Counted from the whole stretch's first letter, positions 25,201 through 36,811 are shown. The stretch: 63,981 nt of DNA, filler included, from Octopus bimaculoides (GCF_001194135.2; 5 parts of 5 records of this genome joined end to end with filler, not necessarily neighbours in it), one strand, 5' to 3'. The notes: generated by a model not told the origin, from the letters alone. Numbers and translations: made by a program.

Positions 25201-25471
25201 ATGGGGAAGAACTCTAAGAAAAATCAAAGTTTATCGAAACCTCCAGTTGAAATCCAGCATGATGATTACGTCGATGCATTTATTCCAACACCACCGGATG
25301 GTGGTTGGGGATGGGTCATTGTAGTAGCTTCTCTCCTCAGCAACGTTATTGTTGATGGAGTTGCTTACTCTTTTGGTGTTTTCTTTGATGAATTTGTTAA
25401 TTATTTCAATGAATCAAGAAGCAAGACCTCTTTAATAGGATCTGTACTAGCTGGTACCTACCTCTGTGCAG
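25201..25471 (+). CDS. SLC16A/monocarboxylate transporter (MCT) family MFS transporter, coding exon 1 (N-terminus, TM1-2)
   Basis: MGKNSKK...PTPPDGGWGWVIVVASLLSNVIVDGVAYSFGVFF...SKTSLIGSVLAGTYLCA. PPDGGWGW is the SLC16 TM1 signature. Ends GCAG|GTAAGT (intron from 25472); 271 nt, phase 1. Confidence 0.95.
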
Positions 25472-25754
25472 GTAAGTCGATCTTTATCCCTTTTGCATTC
25501 AGATTACTCTCTCAAATGTAAAGTTTATCAATTCTTATTGATTTGAATTAATCATGCATTGTCTCATAGTTTCAACATTTCAATGATGTGACTGCTTATT
25601 TTTAGAATGAAAGTAAACAAACAAAGTTTGTTTTTAGAAGCGTTGAGATGTATTGTAAGATACAGAAATAAATTTTTTATTCTCAAACGCGTGATAATGC
25701 TATAAATAGCATGATCAGGATAAATTACCCATACATTGCAGAAAAATATGTTAC

Positions 25755-25828
25755 TGGCCAGCCATTAGACTCGAACTCACATCTCTGTGATTACGCGTCA
25801 AGTGTTTTACCATTAAACTAAACTGCCC
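25755..25828 (-). pseudogene. tRNA-like pseudogene or isolated SINE head (Thr-CGT-like loop, non-canonical)
   Basis: Minus strand GGGCAGTTTAGTTTAATGGTAAAACACTTGACGCGTAATCACAGAGATGTGAGTTCGAGTCTAATGGCTGGCCA. D arm and TTCGA T-loop are present, but stems are mismatched and U33 is missing. Confidence 0.35.
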
Positions 25829-26852
25829 AGCAACGAATTCTTCTGCAGACATGTAATTTTTGACCCAACATAAAAAAAAATTAATTAAGCACTAGGGTCG
25901 ATTTGTTCAACTAAAATTCTTCAAGGTGGTGCCCCAGCATAGCCACAGTTTAATGACTGAAGCAAGTAAAACATAAAAGGTATATGTATGTGTGTGTGTG
26001 CATGTGCACATGTGCGCATACGTGTGTGTTTTTTTGTGTTTGTGTTCACCATTGGTTGACTACCTGTGTTGGTTTGCTTATGTTCCTGTAACTTAGCAGT
26101 TCAGCAAAAGTGACTGATAGAATAGGTACCAGATTTTAAAAAGAAAAAAAGAAAAGAAATGTACTGGGGTTGATTTACTTAACTAAGAACTTCAAGGTAA
26201 TGCTCCAGCATGGTCTTAGTCCATGAAACAAGTAAAAATTAAAAAAATTAAAAAATGGATAGTCCATTTAACTTTAAATAATGTGAAAAATATTTCTGAT
26301 GATATTCATATCTAAATTAAATTTTAACCAATTTATTTCATGATGGCTTAACAAATTTGTGTTGTAATCATAAGAGAACTTGATAATCTATTATTCAAAG
26401 TTGTTTTTTTGCTCTAAGTGAACTTTTCTTTTAGGTCAGTTCCAATTACTTCGGTTTATATCGTCCTTTGCCTTTTTCTAATTTTTTAAAAAACATTTTT
26501 TTTTAAACATGTCTTAAAACTACAGTTCACTTCCTGTCACCAATTTTAATTTCACATTCAAATCTCATCAAACTTTTTTATGTCTTGTAACACTTTGTGT
26601 CACTAATCTCCAATTAACTTCTGTTATCACTTCCTAGGGTTAAAATTTCCCACCATCAAATCACATTAATTTCATCCAACATTACACACACCCCACCTCT
26701 CTCCTCCCAGACAGTATCCATTTACTGGGAAATGCACGCTCGTGCACTACATATCTATCCTTGTTTTTTTCAAAGACACACCCACCTATTGTGAAGCTAT
26801 CTGCTATGATATCACGGCTCTGACTGTGAAAAGCTACCAGGTCATCTTAATG

Positions 26853-27152
26853 CAGTGGTTCTTAAACTCTTTTCATTGTCTTACCCCCTAAGACTCTCCA
26901 GGGTATTACCATGACCCCTATAATAAATTTTGTAATGGTCTTGGAATGCAAAGTGCCATGGGAGTAACAGCTGGAGTGAAGGCATATTCAATCATGATAC
27001 TGCTAGCAGCTGCAGTACATGACACTGCAATACATCAATTCACCTGCAATGCAATACTCAAATTATATGAAATAAATTACTTTCTCCCAAACCCTCTGTC
27101 ACCCCCTCCTTCCCTGAGAAATCCTAAACGACCCCCAGATTAAGAACTGCTG
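26853..27152. mobile_element. hAT-type MITE
   Basis: TIRs CAGTGGTTCTTAAAC / GATTAAGAACTGCTG; perfect TSD TCTTAATG (26845-26852, 27153-27160). Confidence 0.88.
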
Positions 27153-27564
27153 TCTTAATGACTTAACTAGTTCAACCTGACTCTTTCTACAGTCTTTGGG
27201 TTTGGGACTTTACATATTTGCTCCAGGTAATTATTTAATGTACTGAGTATACTGCAGGTGTTTCTTCACAGTTTGACAATGTCCAGAGATCAATGATGAT
27301 GATAGTGATGTCAAACAAAACATTATATAAAAAAAATCTTCAGACTAAAACAAACACTAATTGATGATGGTTATATAAACAAACCAGTGGACCAAAGCAC
27401 AGAGCAATACAAAATCAAATACAGCACAATATACATACATATGATATTATATCTATTAAAATATCAGAAATAAACAAACTACTCATAAAGTGTTCTACAT
27501 AAATAAAACTCACATGTATATAGATGCAAGCATACACACACACACACATACATATATGTGTGTA

Positions 27565-27606
<42 letters not shown>

Positions 27607-28935
27607 TAGATAGATAGATGTATAGATACATGCATACATGTTTCCTTATATATGCATGTATTCATATACATATATATATATGTATATGCATATGCACACA
27701 CACAATGTACATAATTGGGGAAGTTTGTTTGTTTTTATGTTTATCTTCTCCTCTCTTTCTTTTGTATGTAACTATTTCTGTTCTCTGCTGCCAATACAGT
27801 GCTGAATCTCTATTTTGCTATTCCATCATTCATTTTGCTCCTCATTGAAATTTTTGTAACTTCTATTTGTCTTTTTCCTTCACTTTGCTCTCTTTAATTC
27901 CCTTTCTGTCTCCCTTTATTACATACTTCCCCTTCTCTCTCTCTCTCTCTCTCTCTCATACTATCAATACCTTCTCTGCATTCCCTTATCTTTCTCTCTC
28001 TCTTCAGAATTCAGTTGCAAATGCAACAGTTTTAGCAGAAGACTTGATTGATGTAGTGCTGTTGCTCATTAAATAAATAACCACTAATTTTTAATTATCT
28101 TAGGCAAGAAGATAAATTTTGTGAATGCAAGTTCCAACGAGGGTCATGACCCCATGTAGTCTTTAAAAATTTTTTTAAAAAGAAATTTGTTTTCAAATGA
28201 TGTTGGCATCTGTAAAGCCACAAGGAAAATATAAAAAAAGGTGGGCTTTCTGTATGCATACATAAGATTCACTTTAGCCAACTTGAAATATAATCTTAGT
28301 AAATAACAAAGTGAAATCATTTAAGTTGAGAGAGAGATGAAAAGTGATAAAGAGTAGAAAGTATGAATATGACATTGTGTGACGGGCATAGACATATACT
28401 GCTAATAAGAGGCATTGTAATTTCTGCACAAACAAGAGCTTAACCATACTACTAAAGAACCAGTTCACTAGAAACACAGTTTACAGATATCTTTTTGTTG
28501 TAAACAAATACATGAAAACTCACTGACACTATAAACAAAGAAATAACCTACATATTGCCAAACGTATAACTTTATCTACCAAACTTATAGTCCCAGATCT
28601 ATTATAATGCATTAAACTTAAATTTCCTAATTAATATTGGCTACTAATTTCTATTTTAATATAATATCTTAGTTAATCTATTTCATCTGAACACTAATTT
28701 ATTTTTACTTTCTAAAACCATCTATCCTTGAATTTCAACTCTATTCTAGATTGAATAACACATTTTCAAATTGCTTAAGCAAAGATTTTCTCCAACACAC
28801 TCTCTACTTAAATTTCAGCCTCTAATTCTTTAGCTGTTATATTTTTACTGAAATACACTGATTTTGTTTCACTTAATTTTGAGAGTAGTGAAAATTTCTT
28901 TTGTAAAATGACATTGGCAGTATAAAACTGATGTA

Positions 28936-29188
28936 GGGCAGTGAGCTAGCAGAATTGTTAGCATGCATAAGGTGACGAGCTGGCAGAAACGTTGGTAAGG
29001 CGGCGAGCTGGCAGAAATGTTAGCACGCCGGGTGAAATGCTTAGCGGTATTTCGTCTGCCGTTACGTTCTGAGTTCAAGTTCTGCTGAGGTCGACTTTGC
29101 CTTTCATCCTTTCGGGGTTGATAAATTAAGTACCAGTTATACACTGGGGTCAATGTAATCGACTTAACCCCTTTGTCTGTCCTTGTTT
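28936..29188 (+). mobile_element. SINE family B with three stacked heads, 3' truncated
   Basis: Heads at about 28936, 28967 and 28996; body to CCCTTTGTCTGTCCTTGTTT. Confidence 0.8.
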
Positions 29189-29794
29189 GGATCTCATCAA
29201 ACAGCGAACTCATGTAAGCATGGAAGATGAACATTATTGATGGTGATGATGATCTACTTCTTTATAATCTACTTATATATCTTTAGCCTCAACCTTTTAT
29301 ACCATCTAACTTTTACCATTTTTTTCTTTCTCTTTCAAACTTTTTCAACCTACCAACGTCTAAGCTATATCTAGATCTTAGTTATTCTGTTTTAGCTACA
29401 AAATTCCTCTCTATTCATCTTTATTTCTTTCTTAAAATTCAATGATGATTTTTCTCATTGTAGGTTTTAAGAAAAAAATATTTGAAGTAGAATATTTTAA
29501 CTGAAGGTGTTATTCTCCTTTTTCCTGAAACTACTCCTACTTCAATCAAAATTACAATTATTTTAGACCAGTGTTGATATATTTTTAGATCGTAACCTTT
29601 AATATTTCAATCTCTCTTCTATTGATTCATCATATTCTAACTTTAATATTAATTCCCATGGTAAGGTGGTGNNNNNNNNNNNNNNNNNNNNNNNNNNNNN
29701 NNNNNNNNNNNNNNNNNNNNNNNNNNNNNNNNNNNNNNNNNNNNNNNNNNNNNNNNNNNNNNNNNNNNNNNNNNNNNNNNNNNNNNNNNNNNNA

Positions 29795-30290
29795 TTCTGA
29801 GTTCAAATTCTGCTAAGGTCAACTGTCTTTCATCATTTTGAGGGTAATAAAAATAAGTACCAGTTGAGCACAGGGGTCAATATAATTTCTGGACTCTTGC
29901 CAAAATTTGAAACTAATATTAATTCAATTTATTGTGGCAAGCTGGCTGAATCATTAGCATCATGGCATTTTGTTTATCTTTGTGTTGTGAGTTCAAATTC
30001 TGCCAAGGTTGGCTTTGTCTTTCATCTTTTCAGGATTGATCAAACAAGTTCCAGTTGAGTACTGGGGCCAATGTAATCAACTAGCCCCCTTCCTCAAAAT
30101 GTCAAGCCTTGTGCCTATAGTAGAAAGGAATATTAATTCTTATTTTCAGGCTTTTTATGTTCTGAGTTCAAATTCCACTGAGGTCAACTTTGCCTTTCAT
30201 CCTTTCAGCATTGATTAAATAAGCACTACTCTTGTATTAGGGTTGATGTAATCAACTTGCCTGTTCCCTCAAAATTCCTGCTCTTATGCT
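29795..30290 (+). mobile_element. Three tandem old SINE family B copies
   Basis: Repeated TGAGTTCAAATTC...AAGGTCAACTTTGCCTTTCATC cores; CpG-depleted. Confidence 0.7.
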
Positions 30291-30341
30291 TAGAGTAGAG
30301 ACGATACTAATTCCCATCATTATACCATTTTTTTTTTAAAT

Positions 30342-30530
30342 GGAAGGGCATGCTGAAAAGTTCCGGGCTTTAAGGGTATCACGAAAGGCCCGGTTGGTGG
30401 CCTAGCCTTCCAAGTCCTTTTACAGGGCTTAGAAAAACTGAAGGGCTGCTGCAATAAGTGTGTGAATCTGAGAGGGGAATATGTTGAATAAAATCATAAT
30501 TAACTGATCCTCCCTTCCAGCATCCCGTTG
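30342..30530. mobile_element. Mariner-type MITE (inverted relative to 11718 and 37552)
   Basis: GGGCATGCTGAAAAGTTCCGGGCTT... and ...TTCCAGCATCCCGTTG|TA. Confidence 0.7.
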
Positions 30531-30747
30531 TACATTTACATTGTTTAGATATCCATTTATCCTTATTTTCTTTCCCTCTGCTTAAAACAAAAATCCTTTC
30601 CCAATAGACCCCTGAATTCATCCCAAAGTCTACAAATGTTTAAAGTTATATAAAATTCCCAAAGACAACCAACTGAATTAATTTTAAGTTTTTATAAATC
30701 TAAATATGAGAGAATTTATTACATTCTGTAAAATAAATAAATGTGCC

Positions 30748-30990
30748 CTTTTAAAGCCTAGCCAGGCTCATGGGCCCGGTTTCTCGGATTCAATCGTGTA
30801 TGTGTTCCCCAGCTAGACGGCACACCAGTCCATCGCAGCGTTACTCATTTTTGCCAGCTGAGTGGACTGGAGCAACGTGAAATGAAGTGTTTTGCTCAAG
30901 AACACAACGCATCGCCCGGTCCAGGAATCGAAACCACAATCTTACGATCATGATGCTGACACCTTAACCACTAGGCCACGCACCTCCACT
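30748..30990 (-). mobile_element. Young SINE family C (tRNA head plus CORE-like segment)
   Basis: Reverse of GTGGAGGTGCGTGGCCTAGTGG...GGTTTCGATTCC...TGTGTTCTTGAGCAAAACACTTCATTTCACGTTGCTCCAGTCCACTCAGCTGGCAAAAATGAGTAA. The CORE-domain resemblance is from memory. Confidence 0.8.
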
Positions 30991-31119
30991 ATTACACTCT
31001 GTAGTCTATTCTAAATTAGTTTAATTAGGAACTCAAAGTACCCAAATATTATTTCATTTGATAAAGTTTTAAAATCATTTATTATTTCATTCAATGAAAA
31101 TTAGTGATGACTGTGTGAT

Positions 31120-31490
31120 TAAAAAGCTCACTTTGTAACCATGTAGTTTCAAGTTCAGTCCCACAGCATGGTACCTTGGTCAAGTGGGTCCAACTATAAC
31201 TTTGGGCTGACTAATACCTTGTGAGTGAATTTGGTAGATAGAAACTGGAGGAAGCCTGTCATATATGTATGTGTGTCTTTATGGTTGTGTTGAGTTTGTC
31301 CTCTACCACCGTTTGATAGAGGTGTTGGTTTGTTTACATCCCTGTAGCTTAGCAGCTCAACAAAAGAGACTGATATAACAAGTACCAGATATAAAAAAAT
31401 AAATACTGGGTTCAATTTGTTAAAATAAACCCTTCAGGGTAATGGCCCAGCATGACTGCAGTCCAATGATTGAAACGAGTAAAAGATAGA
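31120..31490 (+). mobile_element. Old SINE family A
   Basis: Full architecture with CpG decay. Confidence 0.75.
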
Positions 31491-32461
31491 AGATTGTTCT
31501 TTTTTTTTTTAATTCACTATACAAACAAGAAAATAATTTCCCCCTTTCCACTGAACTCTCTTTAAAACATCAGTTATATAAGCATCTGATGGATCAGAAA
31601 GTAAACAATCTTAGTTCTTTTATGTTTGTCTCTACATGTACACTTTTCCCATTAATCAATGGATTTCTTCTTCATTTGAAACCAAACCTAATTTTTTTTT
31701 TTTTCGCTCTTTTTTCTTTTCTCTTCTCTCCCAATCTTTATATCACCCCTGCTTCATCGTCCTCTTTTTCACTCACTTTCTCCAACAAAACATCTATCAA
31801 TCAATCAATCTATTGATCTAAATTCTTTAAATATACAAGACTTAGATAAAATAACTAAACATACTTTACCATAACTTACATTTAATGGGATCCATAAACA
31901 TTGTCTAAACAAATAGATTTATCTTTCTCTCCACCACCGCCATTTGATGAGAGATTAGCCACTTGATATATAACTGAATAACACACTCACTAAATCTCTT
32001 TCTTCTCTCTTGATATTTGGCTGAAACAACTCAATTATTTGCTTACTTGCTAACCACTTCCACCCATTCTCTTTCTCTCTCTCTCTTTTTCTCTTGATAT
32101 CCATAACTAAACAAACACATGTACTGTAAAGCTTTCTTTTGTGATTCTGATACTACAAAAAACAACCACAGACTACTATAAATAATATTAATATACAAGT
32201 GAGTTCATCGAGATTAAAGAACTTAAAACTTTTAAATGTAATCTGTTAGACATGATAGTAAATTCACACGCATTAGTAAATACACCAACACTATTCAAAA
32301 TTAAGATTAAAAAATTATATTCTTTGATAAAACAAGTAAGCTTTATGAAGAATTACTCAAAAGAAAAAATTATAAAAAGAATATATTAGTGTAAACACTG
32401 CAATATAAACATTGAATCACAAAAATTAGCTAAAAATGTGAAATGAAATCATAGATTAGAA

Positions 32462-32694
32462 CAGTGTTTCTCAACCATTTTTCAGTTATGGACCCCTTTA
32501 ATTCTTGGTTTACTCAGTTGGCCCCTCCTAGCAAATCGATATTAAAAAAATCCTATTATATTTCTATAATTAAATATCGTTAGGAATTGTATAAAAATAA
32601 TTAAAATATTTTGTCAAATGTAGAAGTATGACAAATTTGTTGCAGATAAATTTTAACAACAAAATCTTACATGGACCCTAGTTGAGAACCACTA
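32462..32694. mobile_element. hAT-type MITE
   Basis: TIRs CAGTGTTTCTCAACCA / TAGTTGAGAACCACTA; perfect TSD GATTAGAA (32454-32461, 32695-32702). Confidence 0.88.
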
Positions 32695-32885
32695 GATTAG
32701 AATGTCAAGCTAAACATGAAGCATTACAATTAAGGATCATAAAAAGAATTTTGCCATCCATCCACCCATCCATCCATTTTCCCCACCCACTGTTCTTGGG
32801 AGGATTGTTGGAGTAGAGTCCTTAGGGTCCTATCAGAAGTAACTGTCATTATTGTGGCTGGATTCTCAAGCTTGACTACTAATAA

Positions 32886-33187
32886 ATTCCTCATCCACCC
32901 TATTCTCCCGACCTTGCTCCTTCAGACTACCATTTGTTTCATAGTTTACAGAATCATTTGGGGGACATAACTTTCGCAAGCCAGGAGGAGGTCGAAACTG
33001 ACATTTCAGAGTTCTGCACTTTGAAACCAAAAGAGTTTAACAATGATGGATTAAAAAGCTTGTAAATAGATGGAAGGAAGTCATAAATCAAGGAAAGTAC
33101 ATTGATGATTAAATTTCAATGAAATATAACATTTGATCACTTGTTTTCTTTATTCAAAATTCGGACAGAACTTATGGAATGACCTGA
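32886..33187 (+). mobile_element. Mariner transposase 3' fragment with right TIR
   Basis: IPHPPYSPDLAPSDYHLFHSLQNHL...F.SQEEV...(frameshift)...NRWKEVINQGKYIDD* (stop 33110-33112); the YSPDLAPSD motif marks mariner DD34D. Ends GGACAGAACTTATGGAATGACCTGA|TA. Confidence 0.88.
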
Positions 33188-33214
33188 TATATATATATAT
33201 CTATATATATATAT

Positions 33215-33370
33215 ATAATAGACTTCTTTCAGTTTCCTTCTACCAAATCCACTCATAAGGCTTTGGTTGGCCCGGGACAACAGTAAAAGACATTTGTCTA
33301 AGGTGCCTTGCAGTGGGACTGAACATGGAACCATGTGGTTGGGAAACAAACTCCTTACCACACATCCTAG
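33215..33370 (-). mobile_element. SINE family A head
   Basis: CTTCTTTCAGTTTCC...GGAACCATGTGGTTGGGAAAC...TTACCACAC. Confidence 0.75.
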
Positions 33371-33833
33371 CCTGCACAGATTTATAAAGTTCATTGATTA
33401 GTAATCATATGTCATGTACATGCAACCTCTGGCAAGAAGCATTACAATTCTATAAATGTTTCTCCAGTGCTGCAAAGCAAGCGAGTTTGCTGCTAGTGAT
33501 TAACTGTAAGAATTCGGTTGAGTAATATAAACTGTGAACGTGATTTGGGCTTCACTTATTTTGACACTGTGGAATTTTATCCTTTGATTTCTAAACTTGT
33601 TTATCAGCAATCTAGACTTTGCCAAAGTGCATAGTCATATAAATGATAATGACATTGATATATATATTAGGCGTACTTGAAGGACTGCACTTCAACAAAT
33701 GTTCACACTAATAATAATGTCAACAAAATATTAGCATTGAAAAATAACTTTAAAATATATCATTGGTAAAAGAATTTTAGTGAGATATTTTTCTTCTTCC
33801 CTTGATTTTAAAAGCATTTTTTCAATTTTCTTA

Positions 33834-33869
<36 letters not shown>

Positions 33870-33915
33870 GTATCATGGAATAATTACTGTGAAGCATTGT
33901 GTAGAACATATTGTA

Positions 33916-34186
33916 TAAAAGATCGTGGGTAAGGCCAAAGCAATGTGAAGTAAATGCAAGATAAATCACAAGGAAACAAATATGTGAATTAATGTAGACT
34001 TACCTTGTATTCAATATTTTGGGGTTATGACACGCACATCGGCAACATTCATGAATTTCTTGAAAATGGGGTCATAACCCTGAAATATTGAATACAAGGT
34101 AAGTCTACATTAATTCACATATTTGTTTTCTTGTGATTTACCTTGCATTTACTTCACATTGTTTTGGCCTTACCCACGATCTTTTA
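33916..34186. repeat. Near-perfect inverted repeat (116-bp arms, 39-nt loop) in the MCT intron
   Basis: 33916-34031 is the reverse complement of 34071-34186 with a few mismatches; the right arm runs into an N gap. Confidence 0.92.
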
Positions 34187-34249
34187 NNNNNNNNNNNNNN
34201 NNNNNNNNNNNNNNNNNNNNNNNNNNNNNNNNNNNNNNNNNNNNNNNNN

Positions 34250-34577
34250 ATATAGTGTATGCTATAGACACATAAGAGGTGCAACAATATCAAAAGAAGG
34301 CTAACTGGAAAGATAGTTTTTGTATGTGGCAGATGCTCAGGTGCAATAAACACTGAAAATGTGCTGAGAACAACTTCTGCTACGTTCCAGGGAGAAAAAC
34401 TAGAAGTAGTTGATAGCTTCTGTTACCTAGGTGACCAAGTCAGTAGCGGGGGAGGGTGCGCTGAAAAGGTAGCTGCTAGAATAAGAATAGCCTGGGCAAA
34501 GTTCAGAGAGCTCTTACCTCTGCTGGTGACAAAGGGCCTCTCGCTCAGAGTAAAAGGCAGACTGTATGACGCATGCA
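34250..34577 (+). mobile_element. RTE-clade LINE RT fragment
   Basis: I*CML*THKRCNNIKRRLTGKIVFVCGRC...GEKLEVVDSFCYLGDQVSSGGGCAEKVAARIRIAWAKFRELLPLLVTKGLSLRVKGRLYDAC; FxYLG and RIxxAWxxF are RTE hallmarks. Confidence 0.9.
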
Positions 34578-34589
34578 TTTGTATTTTTA

Positions 34590-34760
34590 GTTTGAGTAGT
34601 ACATGGTTGTGTGGTTAAGAAGTTTGTTTCACAACCATGTGATTTGGGGTTCAATCCAACTGCATGGTATTGTGGGCAAGTGTCTTCTACTAGAGCACCA
34701 GGCCAACTAAAGCCTTGTGGGTGGATCTGGTAGATGAAAATTGAGAGAAGCTTCTGTGCA
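34590..34760 (+). mobile_element. SINE family A head
   Basis: CATGGTTGTGTGGTTAAGAAG...GGCAAGTGTCTTCTACTAG...GTGGATCTGGTAG. Confidence 0.7.
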
Positions 34761-34766
34761 TGCATG

Positions 34767-34808
<42 letters not shown>

Positions 34809-34817
34809 TGAGTGAGT

Positions 34818-34885
<68 letters not shown>

Positions 34886-35357
34886 AAGAGGGGCTCCTTG
34901 TCTTCACATCATGGAATAAATTGTAAATGAGCATCACTGTCAAACAACCAGTGTCCCTCGCTTCTAGTCTTCTGCAAAAACATGTCCAACCATAAAAAAA
35001 TTATTACCTTGCATGGAATCAATGTGGATAGAGTGACCATCTGGTCACAGAAAGATCTGCCTCAACAAATTTGGTCTGACCCATGCCAGCAAGGGAAAGT
35101 GAACATAAAATAAGTTATGTGAAGCATATTTTGTATCATTCACCTTCATATTAGCTGAGTTGTCAAGTCAACAGCAGGAATTCTATTGTTAAGCCTTTAA
35201 CATTCAATATATTTTGTTCTGTTTTGTTTATCTCTCTTCATTTTATTTTCTGTTTTCCTAGTATTTGAATATAAAATTTTCAAACTTTTATTATCCATAC
35301 ATATATAGTCAATTCAGTGTACTAAAAATGTTATGGTACTGTCTCCACCCATGTATA

Positions 35358-35439
<82 letters not shown>

Positions 35440-35456
35440 GAAAGAGAAGGATATGT

Positions 35457-35755
35457 GAAGGCACATGGCTTAGTGGTTAAGGTGTTACACTCATGATTGC
35501 GAGATTGTGAGTTTGATTCCCAGACTGGGCGTTGCATTGTATTCTTGAGTAAACTACTTCATTTCATGTTGCTCTGTGATCATTTCGATGTCTGACATGT
35601 GGCACCCATTGCATCTGTACAGGGTAATGTCAATCTGATGGAGAGAGTGAGCTTATGTCTGCACAAACATTTGATCACTATAAACAAATCAGCTGTGTGG
35701 TTGTTTGGTAAGAAATTGTCAAACTCTCATATGTCATCTAACAACAGGAGAGTCC
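35457..35755 (+). mobile_element. SINE with a family C head and an alternative tail
   Basis: GAAGGCACATGGCTTAGTGG...GTTTGATTCCC head, then a distinct 3' half. Confidence 0.65.
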
Positions 35756-35769
35756 ATTATTATAAAAAA

Positions 35770-35900
35770 ACAAAACGACAAAAGACGAAGACAGGTGTGT
35801 TAACAACAAACAGGTGTATTAGTTTAATGCTTGGGAAGGTGAGAAAGTCTTTTATGTTTCAAGCCTACGCTCTTCAACAAAAAGGACCACGAGAAAATAA
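35770..35900 (-). mobile_element. Possible Penelope-like element terminal fragment
   Basis: Minus strand GTTGAAGAGCGTAGGCTTGAAACAT resembles the recalled PLE terminal motif GAAGA...CGAAACG. Confidence 0.35.
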
Positions 35901-35957
35901 ACAGAGAGAGAATAATAAAAGCTTAGTGGTTAGCAGTTGATATATATATATATTCAT

Positions 35958-36125
35958 GCAGTAAGCTGGCAGAATTGTTAGCATGCTGGACAAAATGCTT
36001 ATTTGCATTTCATCTGGATTTATGTTCTGAGTTCAAATTCCACCAAGGTCGACTTTGTCTTTTGTTCTTTCAGTCAATAAAATAAGTACCAGTTGCGCAC
36101 TGGGGTTGATGCAGTCAGCTTAAAT
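35958..36125 (+). mobile_element. Old CpG-decayed SINE family B
   Basis: GCAGTAAGCTGGCAGAATTGTTAGCATGCTGGACAAAATG... versus the young copy at 7581. Confidence 0.8.
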
Positions 36126-36667
36126 GATGGTGATATACATTTATATATGATGTAATTAAGAAGACAAAGAATGAATAACAAAGCACAGCTTTGTTATTAG
36201 TTATGATTGTTTCAGTACCATCTCATTTCTAATGCCATTGCACATAAATGATTTCATGTGACAGTTACACAATATTTTTGGCTGATTATAAGTGTTCATC
36301 AGGCTGACATATTTAATATCTGATATCAATAGACATACTTAATATCAGTCAAAATTTTGTGTGTATTTTATGTAGGTATATTCCGTATATATTTTTAATG
36401 TAAGTACTGCATGGGTATATTTATCTATTGAATATTTGTTATAATATTTTAATTACAGTAATTTTATAAATTAATTTTCCTTCTACACCCTCTTTTCTTT
36501 CTTTTCTTGATGAAAAAGAGCATAGTTCTAGAGTTTGTTTTTAGAATCATGGAAAAAAATTACTACATATCTTGCCTTTCAAGTTTCTGCAGAATTACAA
36601 TATTTGAAATAATTTAAATTTTTCCATATTTTTTTTTTCACTATTTTTGTTTGTTTTCTTTCCACAG

Positions 36668-36811
36668 GCCCTATTGTTAGTGCCTTTACAAATCGCTTTG
36701 GTTGCCGTCCTGTAGCAGTGGTTGGAAGCTTCATTGGTGCATTTGCCTTCCTACTGTCTACACTTTCTCCCAATATAGACACAATGATTGTATTTTATGG
36801 AGGTTTTGGAG
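36668..36811 (+). CDS. SLC16A/MCT family transporter, coding exon 2 (TM3-4 region)
   Basis: Acceptor TTTCTTTCCACAG (AG 36666-36667), donor GAG|GTAAAT at 36812; 144 nt, phase 1-1. Reads GPIVSAFTNRFGCRPVAVVGSFIGAFAFLLSTLSPNIDTMIVFYGGFGG, with the MFS loop motif NRFGCR. Not in the ORF track. Confidence 0.95.

Noticed and set aside
25472-25521. Last 16 codons of ORF 25201-25521
   Set aside because: They lie after the G|GTAAGT donor, and homology resumes at exon 36668.
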